Of a stretch of DNA of 64,000 bases, positions 34,277 to 45,000 are shown one piece after another. The stretch is from the NCBI GenBank assembly GCA_964019425.1, contig OZ025802.1, positions 744,001-808,000 on the forward strand, written 5' to 3'. The notes beneath the pieces are model-generated. The model was not told the origin of the DNA and did no database searches. It saw only the letters and a list, made by a program, of their open reading frames with translations. The stretch comes from Flectonema sp. DT1601. Lineage: Eukaryota. Every line of letters begins with the position of its first letter. The first letter of the stretch is position 1. The position numbers and the translations under genes are program-made.

Positions 34277-34618
34277 TTAGCACTCTCTGAGGATTCTGTC
34301 TCTAAGAGTAAGTCTGTTAAGAGCCTGGTCAGATCCACCCTTCTCTCTGATGAACCCAGAGAAGCAATAGGTCTTGTAGGTGTTGGTGTAGTTACCGCTG
34401 TCGTCGATGTCACCAACGTTGAGCTGAACGGCAGCGTGGTCGGTGGCCTGTAATTTATATTAACATAATCAGGTCTAAAAAATAATAAATTGAACTAAAT
34501 AACACAATCAACATACGTGGATCAGCTGGTTGGTGGCAGAGCACTTACGTGGGATGTAGAGCTCAACGAACTCACCTTCGTCGTTGTGCATACCGATCTG
34601 CTGCTTGTTTGGGGCCAT
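34277..34618 (-). CDS. RPS21: 40S ribosomal protein S21 (eS21), copy A; exons 34618-34517 and 34447-34277
   Basis: Spliced 90-aa product [49 protein letters not shown]...[13 protein letters not shown]. 69-nt intron GTATGT..ACAG. Confidence 0.95.
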
Positions 34619-34898
34619 GTTGGTGAGAAGTAGTTTTTCTTAGATACCTGAGGGGAATAATATTATTAACTGATACCAGGAGTCTACACACTCAAACATA
34701 AGTACCCGACTTTAATTGTTCATATTTATACCAACTGTTGTAGAATTGTTTATTCATTAAAATAGTACCTCAATAACACTCCTCAAGGGACTACGACAGA
34801 CTACTCCCCGATGATGGGCCAAAAGGCGGCTTCATTGCACATGGCACGTGACTTTCTTTACTTTTTTTTTGTTTTAACAAACATACAGAGGAAACCAT

Positions 34899-35280
34899 TT
34901 AGCACTCTCTGAGGATTCTGTCTCTAAGAGTAAGTCTGTTAAGAGCCTGGTCAGATCCACCCTTCTCTCTGATGAACCCAGAGAAGCAGTAGGTCTTGTA
35001 GGTGTTGGTGTAGTTACCGCTGTCGTCGATGTCACCAACGTTGAGCTGAACGGCAGCGTGGTCGGTGGCCTGTTTTTGTTTAATTCAGTTCCTTTCTATT
35101 CAACAAAAATGAATTCTTTGCAACTATTTGGGGAACTTGTTAAAAAAATTGAAAATCCAGAAACACAATCAAACATACGTGGATCAGCTGGTTGGTGGCA
35201 GAGCACTTACGTGGGATGTAGAGCTCAACGAACTCACCCTCGTCGTTGTGCATACCGATCTGCTGCTTGTTTGGGGCCAT
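34899..35280 (-). CDS. RPS21: 40S ribosomal protein S21, copy B; exons 35280-35179 and 35069-34899
   Basis: Same protein as copy A. 109-nt intron at the same position. Confidence 0.95.
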
Positions 35281-35680
35281 GTTGTGGTTGGTTATAGAGA
35301 TCACCTTAAGGGAGAGTATGATTATGTAGTAAAGCAAAACTTATATTACTGTAAAAAATGAGTCTCTCTGTTGTCATGTTTGGTAGGTAACACTGTAAGT
35401 TTGTGGTGTAAAAAAATATTTGTTTCTTATTGTTTTTTTTGTTATAAAAATGCGCAATAAAACACTACAATGGTAAGCGGTACCTGGCAGTCAAAATATC
35501 CTCCACAAGGAATGCGCTGATGTGATAGGGCGGAGTTGACAGTTCACTCTCATTGTTTTGTTACGAAGGGGGTGCTGTTTTTCTCTTCTTTTTATTTTTT
35601 TTTTTTTTTTAAATATTTTCTTGCCCCGTCCCCTTCGTTTTTCATCACGACTTTGCAAGCAAGCTACACGAACTCCATAT

Positions 35681-36033
35681 TTAGCACTCTCTGAGGATTC
35701 TGTCTCTAAGAGTAAGTCTGTTAAGAGCCTGGTCAGATCCACCCTTCTCTCTGATGAACCCAGAGAAGCAGTAGGTCTTGTAGGTGTTGGTGTAGTTACC
35801 GCTGTCGTCGATGTCACCAACGTTGAGCTGAACGGCAGCGTGGTCGGTGGCCTGTTTTTGTTTAATTCAGTTTCTCTGATGAATATTGAAAGAAACTCTT
35901 CACAAGAAATTAATCATAAATGAAAACATACGTGGATCAACTGGTTGGTGGCAGAGCACTTACGTGGGATGTAGAGCTCAACGAACTCACCCTCGTCGTT
36001 GTGCATACCGATCTGCTGCTTGCTTGGGGCCAT
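35681..36033 (-). CDS. RPS21: 40S ribosomal protein S21, copy C; exons 36033-35932 and 35851-35681
   Basis: Same protein except N4S. 80-nt intron at the same position. Confidence 0.95.
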
Positions 36034-36407
36034 GTTGCTAAGGTGCGATAAACTGAAAGAAAATAATTATTATTTTTTCGTGTTTCTTACGTTAGTGCAT
36101 ACCAAGAACGACATACTGTTGCCACTCATTACCCTCCAAACTCCATTCCATACTGTGAGTGAATTAAAATAATAGTAATCCGGTTCGTCTCTCAAATAAA
36201 TTGTTTTTTTATGACAAAAATATGATCGTCGGATACAACGACCGCTCACTGAACGCAACATACAAGGCGATACGTAAAAACGAATTAAATACAACGTTTT
36301 TTTTTTTTTTTAAAAAGAATTATTTATTATTATTTCCCTCCTCCAAAGTATTTCAGACCCGCTAAAAAAACTCTAAAAGAATTACAGTAAAAGACTCCTC
36401 ACATATG

Positions 36408-37793
36408 TTATGATAATTGATTCCCACTCAGGAAATCATTAATTATACCCCACCACGAGCAGACAGCCATAACAATACCTAACAAGAACAAGTACCAATG
36501 CCACTTGCTATCGTTTAACATTTCACCGCTGATGGGTAAGTGTGTCCGAGGTAGAAGTGGTGGTGATTCACTCTCGTAGAGTGAAATTGGATTACTCTTT
36601 AATACTTCAGAATACAGTAATGGAGGTACTATGAAAATCAATGATATACTAGACAGTGCTCCAGTTACAGCAAACACTGGAGCAATTTGAGGAACAGCAA
36701 GCGCAAAAAATAGAGGAACCCCAATCATAAACAATGATGCAACATCAGGAGAACAACTACCTCCGGATAATTTCTCAACTAGTCCTCTACACGGATGTTG
36801 GATAAGTGGAACGTGTAATGAGATTGATAATAAAATTAAAAGTTGTAATGCTTCAGTTATTCCTCCATCTGAACCTTCGAATTCACCTATAGAGACGAGT
36901 AGATCAGGTCTTGTTACGGAACCATATCGAAGAGCTCCTGCAATACCAGCCGTTAAGTAGATTAAAACAGATGCTAAAATTGACCATTGGATGACTGCAC
37001 CTATTCGATAACGACATCGTCGGGTTCTACCGATTGAGTCAGCCTCACGAAGCTCATCGAAAACGTTTAAAATAGCACTGTGACATGTGAATGAGAAGCA
37101 GACGGTAGGCAGTTCCAGTAACACTTTCTGAGTACCTTTCGGAGGATATATAAACGGTAAACGGTCAATGGATTCTGATGTCGATGATACAATCCCTCCA
37201 ACAGCCTTCTGACAAACAACAACAATAAAAACAATAATACTAGCGGCAGCAACAAAACTAGTCATTCCTAAGTATTGCATCTTCTTAGACAACGCGAGTG
37301 GTATTATCAATAAGACGGTTAGTAAGCAAGTCACCGTTATGATTGTGGTGTAGGCAATCTTATCAGTATAGTGATCGTGTAATAGATTAGTTACAATATC
37401 TCTAACAACTACTAAGTAGGATGTTACTGAACCAGCTGCTTGCATTATGACCATGTAATCAACAATAGAATTACCAAAAGCGTATCTCGCTAATGAGTTC
37501 CAGTTGTACTCTCTGGCTAGTAACGCGCTGTTCACAACAAGTCTGAGTGAGTACTGAGTAATGCAACCCATCCCGATTACCATCAGACTAAATGTTGTGA
37601 TTCCCATTAGTGACGCAGCGTATGGCAATCCAAGAATCCCAGATCCTATAATTGTAGTTATCACATTGGCTATTGAAACAGCCATGCTCATCTTCCTTCC
37701 TTGAACTATTGTCGTCTCTCTTGCTGGTGTTCCGTCAGTAAAGGCAGATGACGAATACGGTCTTGAATCTCCATTGAGTTCACCATCGTACAT
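36408..37793 (-). CDS. Amino acid transporter, AAAP/SLC38 (Aa_trans) family
   Basis: NVITTIIGSGILGLPYA, FSFTCHS and GALRYG motifs with about 11 hydrophobic segments. Likely ATG (MYDGE) at 37793. Confidence 0.9.
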   Translation of the reverse strand: MYDGELNGDSRPYSSSAFTDGTPARETTIVQGRKMSMAVSIANVITTIIGSGILGLPYAASLMGITTFSLMVIGMGCITQYSLRLVVNSALLAREYNWNSLARYAFGNSIVDYMVIMQAAGSVTSYLVVVRDIVTNLLHDHYTDKIAYTTIITVTCLLTVLLIIPLALSKKMQYLGMTSFVAAASIIVFIVVVCQKAVGGIVSSTSESIDRLPFIYPPKGTQKVLLELPTVCFSFTCHSAILNVFDELREADSIGRTRRCRYRIGAVIQWSILASVLIYLTAGIAGALRYGSVTRPDLLVSIGEFEGSDGGITEALQLLILLSISLHVPLIQHPCRGLVEKLSGGSCSPDVASLFMIGVPLFFALAVPQIAPVFAVTGALSSISLIFIVPPLLYSEVLKSNPISLYESESPPLLPRTHLPISGEMLNDSKWHWYLFLLGIVMAVCSWWGIINDFLSGNQLS

Positions 37794-38499
37794 CAGTTGT
37801 TTGTGAGGTACTATGGAAAGGAGAAATTTTTTTTTTTTTTTTTTTTTTTTTGTTTCCCCCAATAATAAAAATAAGAAAACTCAAAACAGTAACATTAATC
37901 ATTCAGACAAGAATGTTTTTTTTGACAACAATCTTTTTTTTTTTTTTTTTTTTTTCCAGTGGTTAATTTGCGAGTACAGAATAGTCGCTGCGATCGGTGG
38001 GTTAAAAAAAAAAACATTCTACAACAGTACAACAGCTGTTGACTATGAAAAGAACGACAGCTGAACAAGTCTGCTGAGCAGAGTTGAATCGGAATTTTGC
38101 ACCAGAAGATTGGTTTGTGCTTCTGTGACAGCAGCAGCTCATGAAATGCATATCTGAGGTTTCGAAGAAACAACAACATCAACAGACTAAAGTAAACTAA
38201 AGAAGGAATGGACAATACCAACACCCGTAGACCTCATTGTAATAGGGTTACAAGGAAGAAAAGAACGGGGAAAAAAGAAAACCAATCACAGCAAAGCTGA
38301 ATCACATCGCTTGTACTAAAAAAAAAGAAAATATCTAACGTTCAACAAACAATAACAGAAAAGGGAGAATTTCCCTTTTTGTTGTTTTTTTTTTTCTTTT
38401 TCTTTTTTTTTTGCACCAATGAAGTTGGAAAAGAAACTATTTGCCGACAGTAATACTGTCCTCTATCAACAAAATATAATGTTTTTTTTTTTCTTTTTC

Positions 38500-39348
38500 T
38501 TACGGATCGTCTTCCCCTCCAACAGTCAAGATCAACGGAGCAGAGTCACCTGAGTCAGAACCGTATTCAGAGCTGATTGTGAAGGATACGTTAATCCAGT
38601 ACGCTGCTACGATTAACACCATCCCTGAAATACTTGTAAGACTAATGCTCTCGTTAATAATAAATAATTGAACAGCACAAGATACAATTACTTCGGTAAA
38701 CGTTGTGATAGATTCCGTGAACATCGCTGGTATCACCCAGAGACACGACGACAACACAAATACCCTAATGTGATCTTCAACAGAGAAGTTAAATCCAGAA
38801 AAATACAGTAGTATTGGTGTCAATACCACACTACACAGAATAGAATGACTACTTCTGTCAATCATACATCCCTCTGTATGAAATGATTCACTTATTCGTG
38901 AGAGTGAAGTTGAAACAAGACATAGTAAGACACCTATTTGGTGATCTGAGAGAGTTTTTAATTCAGATTTTGAATCTGGACACAAAGCTAAAACAATACC
39001 AATAAAAGTAAATAACAACACTTCAGAATGTCGTAGTGATCCAATAGTGTATGTACTAATTAAGTTAATTATTGATACCTCAGGAAGTGACAAAGATTGG
39101 TAGCAGTACATTCGGATTGTCAATTGTGACCAAGAAAGGACCGACTGAGTTAGTGAAACTTTTCTTCCACCGTTTTGAAGAAATGAGAGTTGTATGATCC
39201 CCTCCCAAATCCAACGAGCTTCCGCAGCCTCTGCTACAGTAAAACCATTTGCGAAATACCATTTTAGCAAACATCCTCCGACAACCCATTGGACCCACTC
39301 GTAGTTGTCTTCGGTGTGGATGTGTAAGTCAAATGACGACCTTGTCAT
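38500..39348 (-). CDS. Multi-pass membrane protein, possibly DMT/nucleotide-sugar-transporter-like
   Basis: 282-aa ORF with multiple hydrophobic helices; IGVLLCLVS and ESISLTSISGMVLIV resemble DMT repeats. Family assignment is weak. Confidence 0.5.
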   Translation of the reverse strand: MTRSSFDLHIHTEDNYEWVQWVVGGCLLKWYFANGFTVAEAAEARWIWEGIIQLSFLQNGGRKVSLTQSVLSWSQLTIRMYCYQSLSLPEVSIINLISTYTIGSLRHSEVLLFTFIGIVLALCPDSKSELKTLSDHQIGVLLCLVSTSLSRISESFHTEGCMIDRSSHSILCSVVLTPILLYFSGFNFSVEDHIRVFVLSSCLWVIPAMFTESITTFTEVIVSCAVQLFIINESISLTSISGMVLIVAAYWINVSFTISSEYGSDSGDSAPLILTVGGEDDP

Positions 39349-39729
39349 CGTAGCATGTTGAGGAGGGGAAATAGTTTGGTATTTCTGTGATGAGAAAAGT
39401 AAAAGAGATGAATTTAGGACTGTTTATGGATTGCTTTTTATTTTTTTTTTTTTTTTCAAACTTTTTTTTTTTTTTTTTTTTTTTAGATTTTTTTTTTTTT
39501 ATGAAAATGATATTCTGCACCTGACGACACCCTCAACTATGTGAGTATCTTTTTTTCTTTTTCGTTTTTTTTTTTTGTTTCTAACAAGCGAGGTGTTGTC
39601 CTTGATAGGGTACTGGAATACCCACGAGTAAAACAAGGGGAATCAAAAAGAGCAAAAATACTAACAAACATCGGTTTCGGTAAGAAGCAGACATATCAAC
39701 GGCGACAAGCCTCTCGATCGGCATTAGGC

Positions 39730-39924
39730 TTATCCCAACTTTCCAAGTGGCTGAGTGTTTGGCTTGTATGGCTTTCCCTCAGTCTGGTTGGCGAATCTCT
39801 TGTTGTGCTGGGCTCTCTTCTTGGCACGACCGACGCAGTTCTTCTTCTTCTCGGCCTTCTGAACCTTTGGTGTCTGGTTCTTAACCTTACCGGCACGAGC
39901 TAATGATCCGTGAACCTTTCCCAT
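39730..39924 (-). CDS. RPS30: 40S ribosomal protein S30 (eS30), no ubiquitin-like fusion
   Basis: [21 protein letters not shown]...[13 protein letters not shown] is the eS30 signature. Confidence 0.97.
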   Translation of the reverse strand: MGKVHGSLARAGKVKNQTPKVQKAEKKKNCVGRAKKRAQHNKRFANQTEGKPYKPNTQPLGKLG

Positions 39925-40713
39925 TTTATAAAGAGAAGAATCTGAGGGGAAGTTGCTTATAATTACAATACAATGTTTACTCTAAAAACTTTCTATTTTA
40001 TATTTTTTTTTTTTTGAGGTACAAGACCATCGTTTACTTGCAAACATGGATAGCAGAAACATGTCGGCAGTTGGAAGCAGCAAAAAAAAAAAGAAGAGAA
40101 AAAAAAAAAAGAACTACAAAACAACAAAACAACAAAAAGCAACGAAGCAACAATCCCTGTCTGTTGTGTTTCACGCAAAAAAACAAGGAAACGTTGCAAA
40201 AAAGAAAAAAAAATGAATTAACTCAAAAATAATCAATTTCTATATATATATATTTTTTTTTCGTATAACAAACAGGTGAGGCTATCTAAATAAAATTAGT
40301 GAGTCGAATTCCGCCAACAGAGGCCCCCTTTTGGGTTAAAAAGATAAAGTCCAAAAAGCCGAATCGCCGTTTTTTATTCGACCACATGAGTCTTCTGTTG
40401 TTGTGAGTTACCCTCCCAAAGCACTTCTAATGTACAGCAACGTTTAGATTAAATAACTAAGAAACTAACCGCACTTTTAAGAAAGTAAAATCATTTTTTG
40501 AAAAAAAGTGTTCATAAGTGTTGAGCATCACTTTTTTTATTTTATTTTTTTTTTTTTTTGTTTCGTACGGTCATGTAGGTGCGACAGGTTTCTGTCTGCG
40601 TTCAACGAAATATAAAATTCAGTGCTAAACGTGAATGCGATGTGAGCAAAAGCAATACAAAAAAAAAAAAAAAAAAAACCCCGATCACAGCAGGGCCTCT
40701 CACTGGAATAAAT

Positions 40714-41361
40714 TTTCCTGACGGTCACAAGACACCAAACCAAACAATAAGGAACAAACTTCAGAGAGCTCGGGACAGATAATCAGCTATATACTATATA
40801 TTGGAATACGATTGCGACTGTGAGCAGAGCAATACAGCAAAATAATTGGTTCTTAACTTTCAAACAGAAAATACCGTAAGTGTTTTACACATTCTTTTTT
40901 TTTTAGTTCTTACGAGTTATAATAAATGCTAAAAATGCGAAAAAATAAATCCTCATCGGAGTGTCTTTCCAGAATAGGGTTTCCTGACGGTCACAAGACA
41001 CCAAACCAAACAATAAGGAACAAACTTCACAGAGCTCGGGACAGATAATCAGCTATATACTATATATTGGAATACGATTGCGACTGTGAGCAGAGCAATA
41101 CAACAAAATATTTGGTTCTTAACTTTCAAACAGAAAATAGTAACATAACACCGTAAGTGTTTTGTTTGTGACGAAAACCCCCCCAGAGTTGCCAACATTC
41201 TTTTTTTTTAGTTCTTACGAGTTATAATAAATGCTAAAAATGCGAAAAAATAAATCCTCATCGGAGTGTCTTTCCAGAATAGGGTTTCCTGACGGTCACA
41301 AGACACCAAACTAAACAATAAGGAACAAACTTCACAGAGCTCGGGGACAGATAATTAGCTC
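40714..41361. repeat. Non-coding tandem repeat, ~2.3 copies (units start 40714, 40980, 41285)
   Basis: TTTCCTGACGGTCACAAGACACCAAA... recurs. Units are 266 and 305 bp, differing by indels. Confidence 0.9.
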
Positions 41362-42067
41362 TATTTATTTATTGTAGCGGTTGATCACGTAGAAAAATTA
41401 ATACTCGTGAGTAAATATTAAAAGAGGAAGGGAGGGGGGGGGAAGGTTAATTTGTTTAAATTTCTTTTTTTTTTTTTTTTTTGTAAAAATAAAATACAAC
41501 TGCATTATATCATTTAAAAAAAAAAAATAATAATAAATGATAATTTGCTAAAGATGCAGTGACTATGGTGATGGCATAACTTATCCTTTTGAACATTATT
41601 AGGTATCGAGAATAATCCAAAAACCTAATATAGTAAATATAAAAGGGAAGGAATGAGGGACGTGTTTTTTTTTTTTTTTGAGGGGGGGGTAACTTGATAC
41701 TATGAGAAGGGGGGTTGAATTTTCCAACTCCCACAAAATGTGATTTCGTGGCTAAATTAAATTTTCTACTTTTTTTTTTTTTTTTACTTTTTTTTTAAGA
41801 ACCGTAACGATAACAAGAAACACCAACAACGGTATAGTAAATGAACAACGTACAAGTTTTTGTTTTTTTTTTTTTTTTTTCTTTCTTTTGAAAATAATCT
41901 AAGTACAAAACGCCAAATTAACTTCTTCACACACACAAACACAAGCACACACACACACACACACACACACACCTTGTTTTGTATTTTTATAAAGAAAGGA
42001 TTTTCCAGATGAGCAAAACATTTTTTTTTTTTTAAAATCTATTTTATTATTATAAAGTTCAACAAGT

Positions 42068-45000
42068 TTACATAGCAGCATCCCTCTTCCATTCCATATA
42101 TAAACACGATTGGGGAACCGTTGGTTCTCTAGTAAGAGAAGATGCACCTCCCTCTGAAGGGGCTCTCACTATATATTCCCGAGGGCTATCTCGAGAAGTG
42201 GGAGAGTGTTGTCGATTAGTCGGTGAGTTGGTTCTTTTACTCTCAACAGCTCTCTTTACGAGTGATTTATAATTCCTTTTCAAGTCAGCAGTGTGATGAT
42301 CATCAGTCGAGTGTTCCTGTTTATAATTTAATAATAAAAGAAATACATAAAAGGAATAACACAATAGACAAGATGATAAAAAAAAAACACATACCGCAAC
42401 TCTAGCTTTTAATCTAGCTGAGAATTGAGTTCCAATATTGCTCAGAGAACGTCCAATTGGAGTGTTTGTTGTGGAGGAAGACTTTTTAGTTGAATGCCAC
42501 TTGCCGCCATCCCAAGTACCTCCTTCTATCCATCCACCATCACTAGATGGTTGTGGTTGCTGTAGGGTGTTTGTTGTCACTTCATTCTACTCTGAGATGA
42601 TAAAGACTACATAAGTTCAACATACCGATGGCGCGAGTTGTATCGCAGCTAACAATTTATCAGCTTCTTCAAGAGCACCAGCAATTAAAGGATTTGAACT
42701 TCCTCGAGCAGGAGATGGTGGTGCCTGACCGTATCCATTCTTTGGACTTTTACTCGAAGCACTTCCTCTTCTTGAGGGTGAATGAAGCATTTCCGTCCGA
42801 GGTGATTTCGGTGACAGCTGTCCGACTGGAATCCCGCTAGACCGCCGAGGTAAAGCAACGTAATTGGGAGTACCAGCGCCATTACTGTACTGTTCTTCAC
42901 TTCTTTCTGTTTTGTGTTGAGGTGAAAGTTCAGGACTCGTATCAGTACTACGATGTTTAGGAGATTGCACAGGTGAGATCATATTATCGAGAGAACTAGA
43001 ACTTCTTAGATACGGTTGACTCTTTCCTTCTGAGGCTCGTCTTTGAGGGACGTCGACTCCGAACTGCATTGGACTTCTGAGGGGACTAATTGGAGGCATG
43101 GCAGCACTCCCAATCCTGGGGACTTGAGTTAGTTGATTTGAAGGTGGTGTTGGTGAAGTTTGTCGTCTTTTTACAGCACTGATTGACTCAACTCGTGGGA
43201 TTCCCTGAAGCAGATCATTCAAAGGACTGTCATCTAAACTATTAGGAGACGGAGGAATACCAATACGAGACCAAATCTCAACTGGCAGTTGTAAAGTATT
43301 CACCGAGGGAGTTGTTATCGGTGTGCCATCACTTCCAATTAACCCACTTGGGAATAATTCAGTATCAATTGAAGCTGTTTTTCTAAATGAATCAAATTGT
43401 AATAAACTTCCATTTAAATTCATTTGTTGCTGCTGATGATTAATGAGATGTTGATACTCGTCATCATCAACCATCTCCGCCATGTTCGCAAACTCTTTAA
43501 AAAGACCACTTGAGATCAGACCTATCTCGTCACTATCATCGTTCTCTTTGAATCTGTCATCTTTGTCAGGTTGTTTTTCATCACCTAATAAGGTTCTCAT
43601 TCCACTAAGACGACTACGTACTGGTGGAGCTAATAGTTCAGATGAGTCCTGAGGACTGACATCAGATTCTCTCGATAATAAATTTTGATTTGGAAGTAAA
43701 AGAGAAGGTTGACGAGCTGGTGAATTATCAGGTCTCTCAACCGGACTAGTCGGAAGTGACGTCCATCGATATGAAGGAGCTGTGTCTTGTGAAGTAACTG
43801 ACAGTTGTGGTGATCTTGATCTGGGTGTTTTCTTACCTCCAGAACCTCTACTTCTGGACGCTAATAATGATGCAAGTGTTAAAGGTGATTGAGTCCTTGA
43901 CGATCTGTTAGAATTAACTTCTGACTTATCGTCTTTCATCTTCCTCCTACTCGACGGTGATAATGTCGGAGATTGTAGTGCTGATGGAGATGGTGACATC
44001 ACTTCATTCATCACATTCGAAAGAGCATCTTTTATGACGAGGACTGATGATTTCCTTGTCATTCCACCCTTCTTTGACTTAGTGTTAAATTTCAATATCC
44101 CCTTCCTCTTTGACTTTGAGGTATTAAAAGAAACATGACCAGTAGGAGGCAACGTAACCGGAGGAGAGTCTGGCCTCCCGTCAGCGTCTTGTTGGACGAA
44201 TGGCGGACTATATGTCGGAGGTCGATTTTGAGAATCAAGAGACTCGTCTGTGGCACTCGAATCTCGTCGTATAAAAGGAGTTCGTAATTCCTCTTCGGTG
44301 TACTCTTCTTCTTCATCATTTCCTCCAGTGAAAACAGACATGATCTGAGCGAAAGCATTGCTTGATTGTTTTCTAGCTGGTCTGGTCTCTTCTTCAATAA
44401 AATCAGCCGCTTGTTCAACAGCATCTCGTTGCATGTTTACGACCATTGCTGCCTTCTCAGCAAACCATCTCGAGTCTAATATCGTTCGGCGTAAGGCTGC
44501 TGAAAATCGAGCTGAGAAAGACCAACTCATAAATAACCCAACACCTAACACTACCAACACAGCGAGAATGACTTGAGTGTCAGTGACTACTTCAAAACTA
44601 TTTAAACTGTAAACTAACCCAGTTAGGAATCCAGCGAATAACATGGTTCCTGTTTTGGTGTTGTTGTTGTTTTGTTGTTGTTGTTGTTGTTGTGGAACAT
44701 ATAGGAAACACCAACACATACCAATAAGTGAATCAAGAATCATATCATGTCCATCAGTTGCTAGACTCAGAGCTCCAATATTATGCTTATGAAACTGAGA
44801 GATAACTCCTGGCTTCACAGTACAATGAGCTAACAGAGTTGAGAAACAGGTAAACGGAACAAGCGTCCGACGAGTTTGAAGAAACAACGCCGGCACAGTC
44901 CAAGTCCAAGACGCCCACAACAACCACAACGAGATAAACCCAACAGCCGCAAGGGAAAAGTCGTATAAAACTTTCAATTTCGGATGTTGTGAAAAGATTC

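Noticed and set aside
41681..41755. G8TAAC plus CAAAATGTGATTTCG resembling the left TIR of the 60259 element
   Set aside because: The match is too short and differently spaced, and no partner end was found.
42068..42580. Separate 170-aa membrane protein
   Set aside because: It has a non-ATG start and its hydrophobic stretch is a translated 78-nt intron. It is better explained as the last exons of the 47262 gene.
44650..44721. Poly-Q/N tract in the 966-aa ORF
   Set aside because: It is the translation of an in-frame 72-nt intron (GTATGT..AAAACAG).
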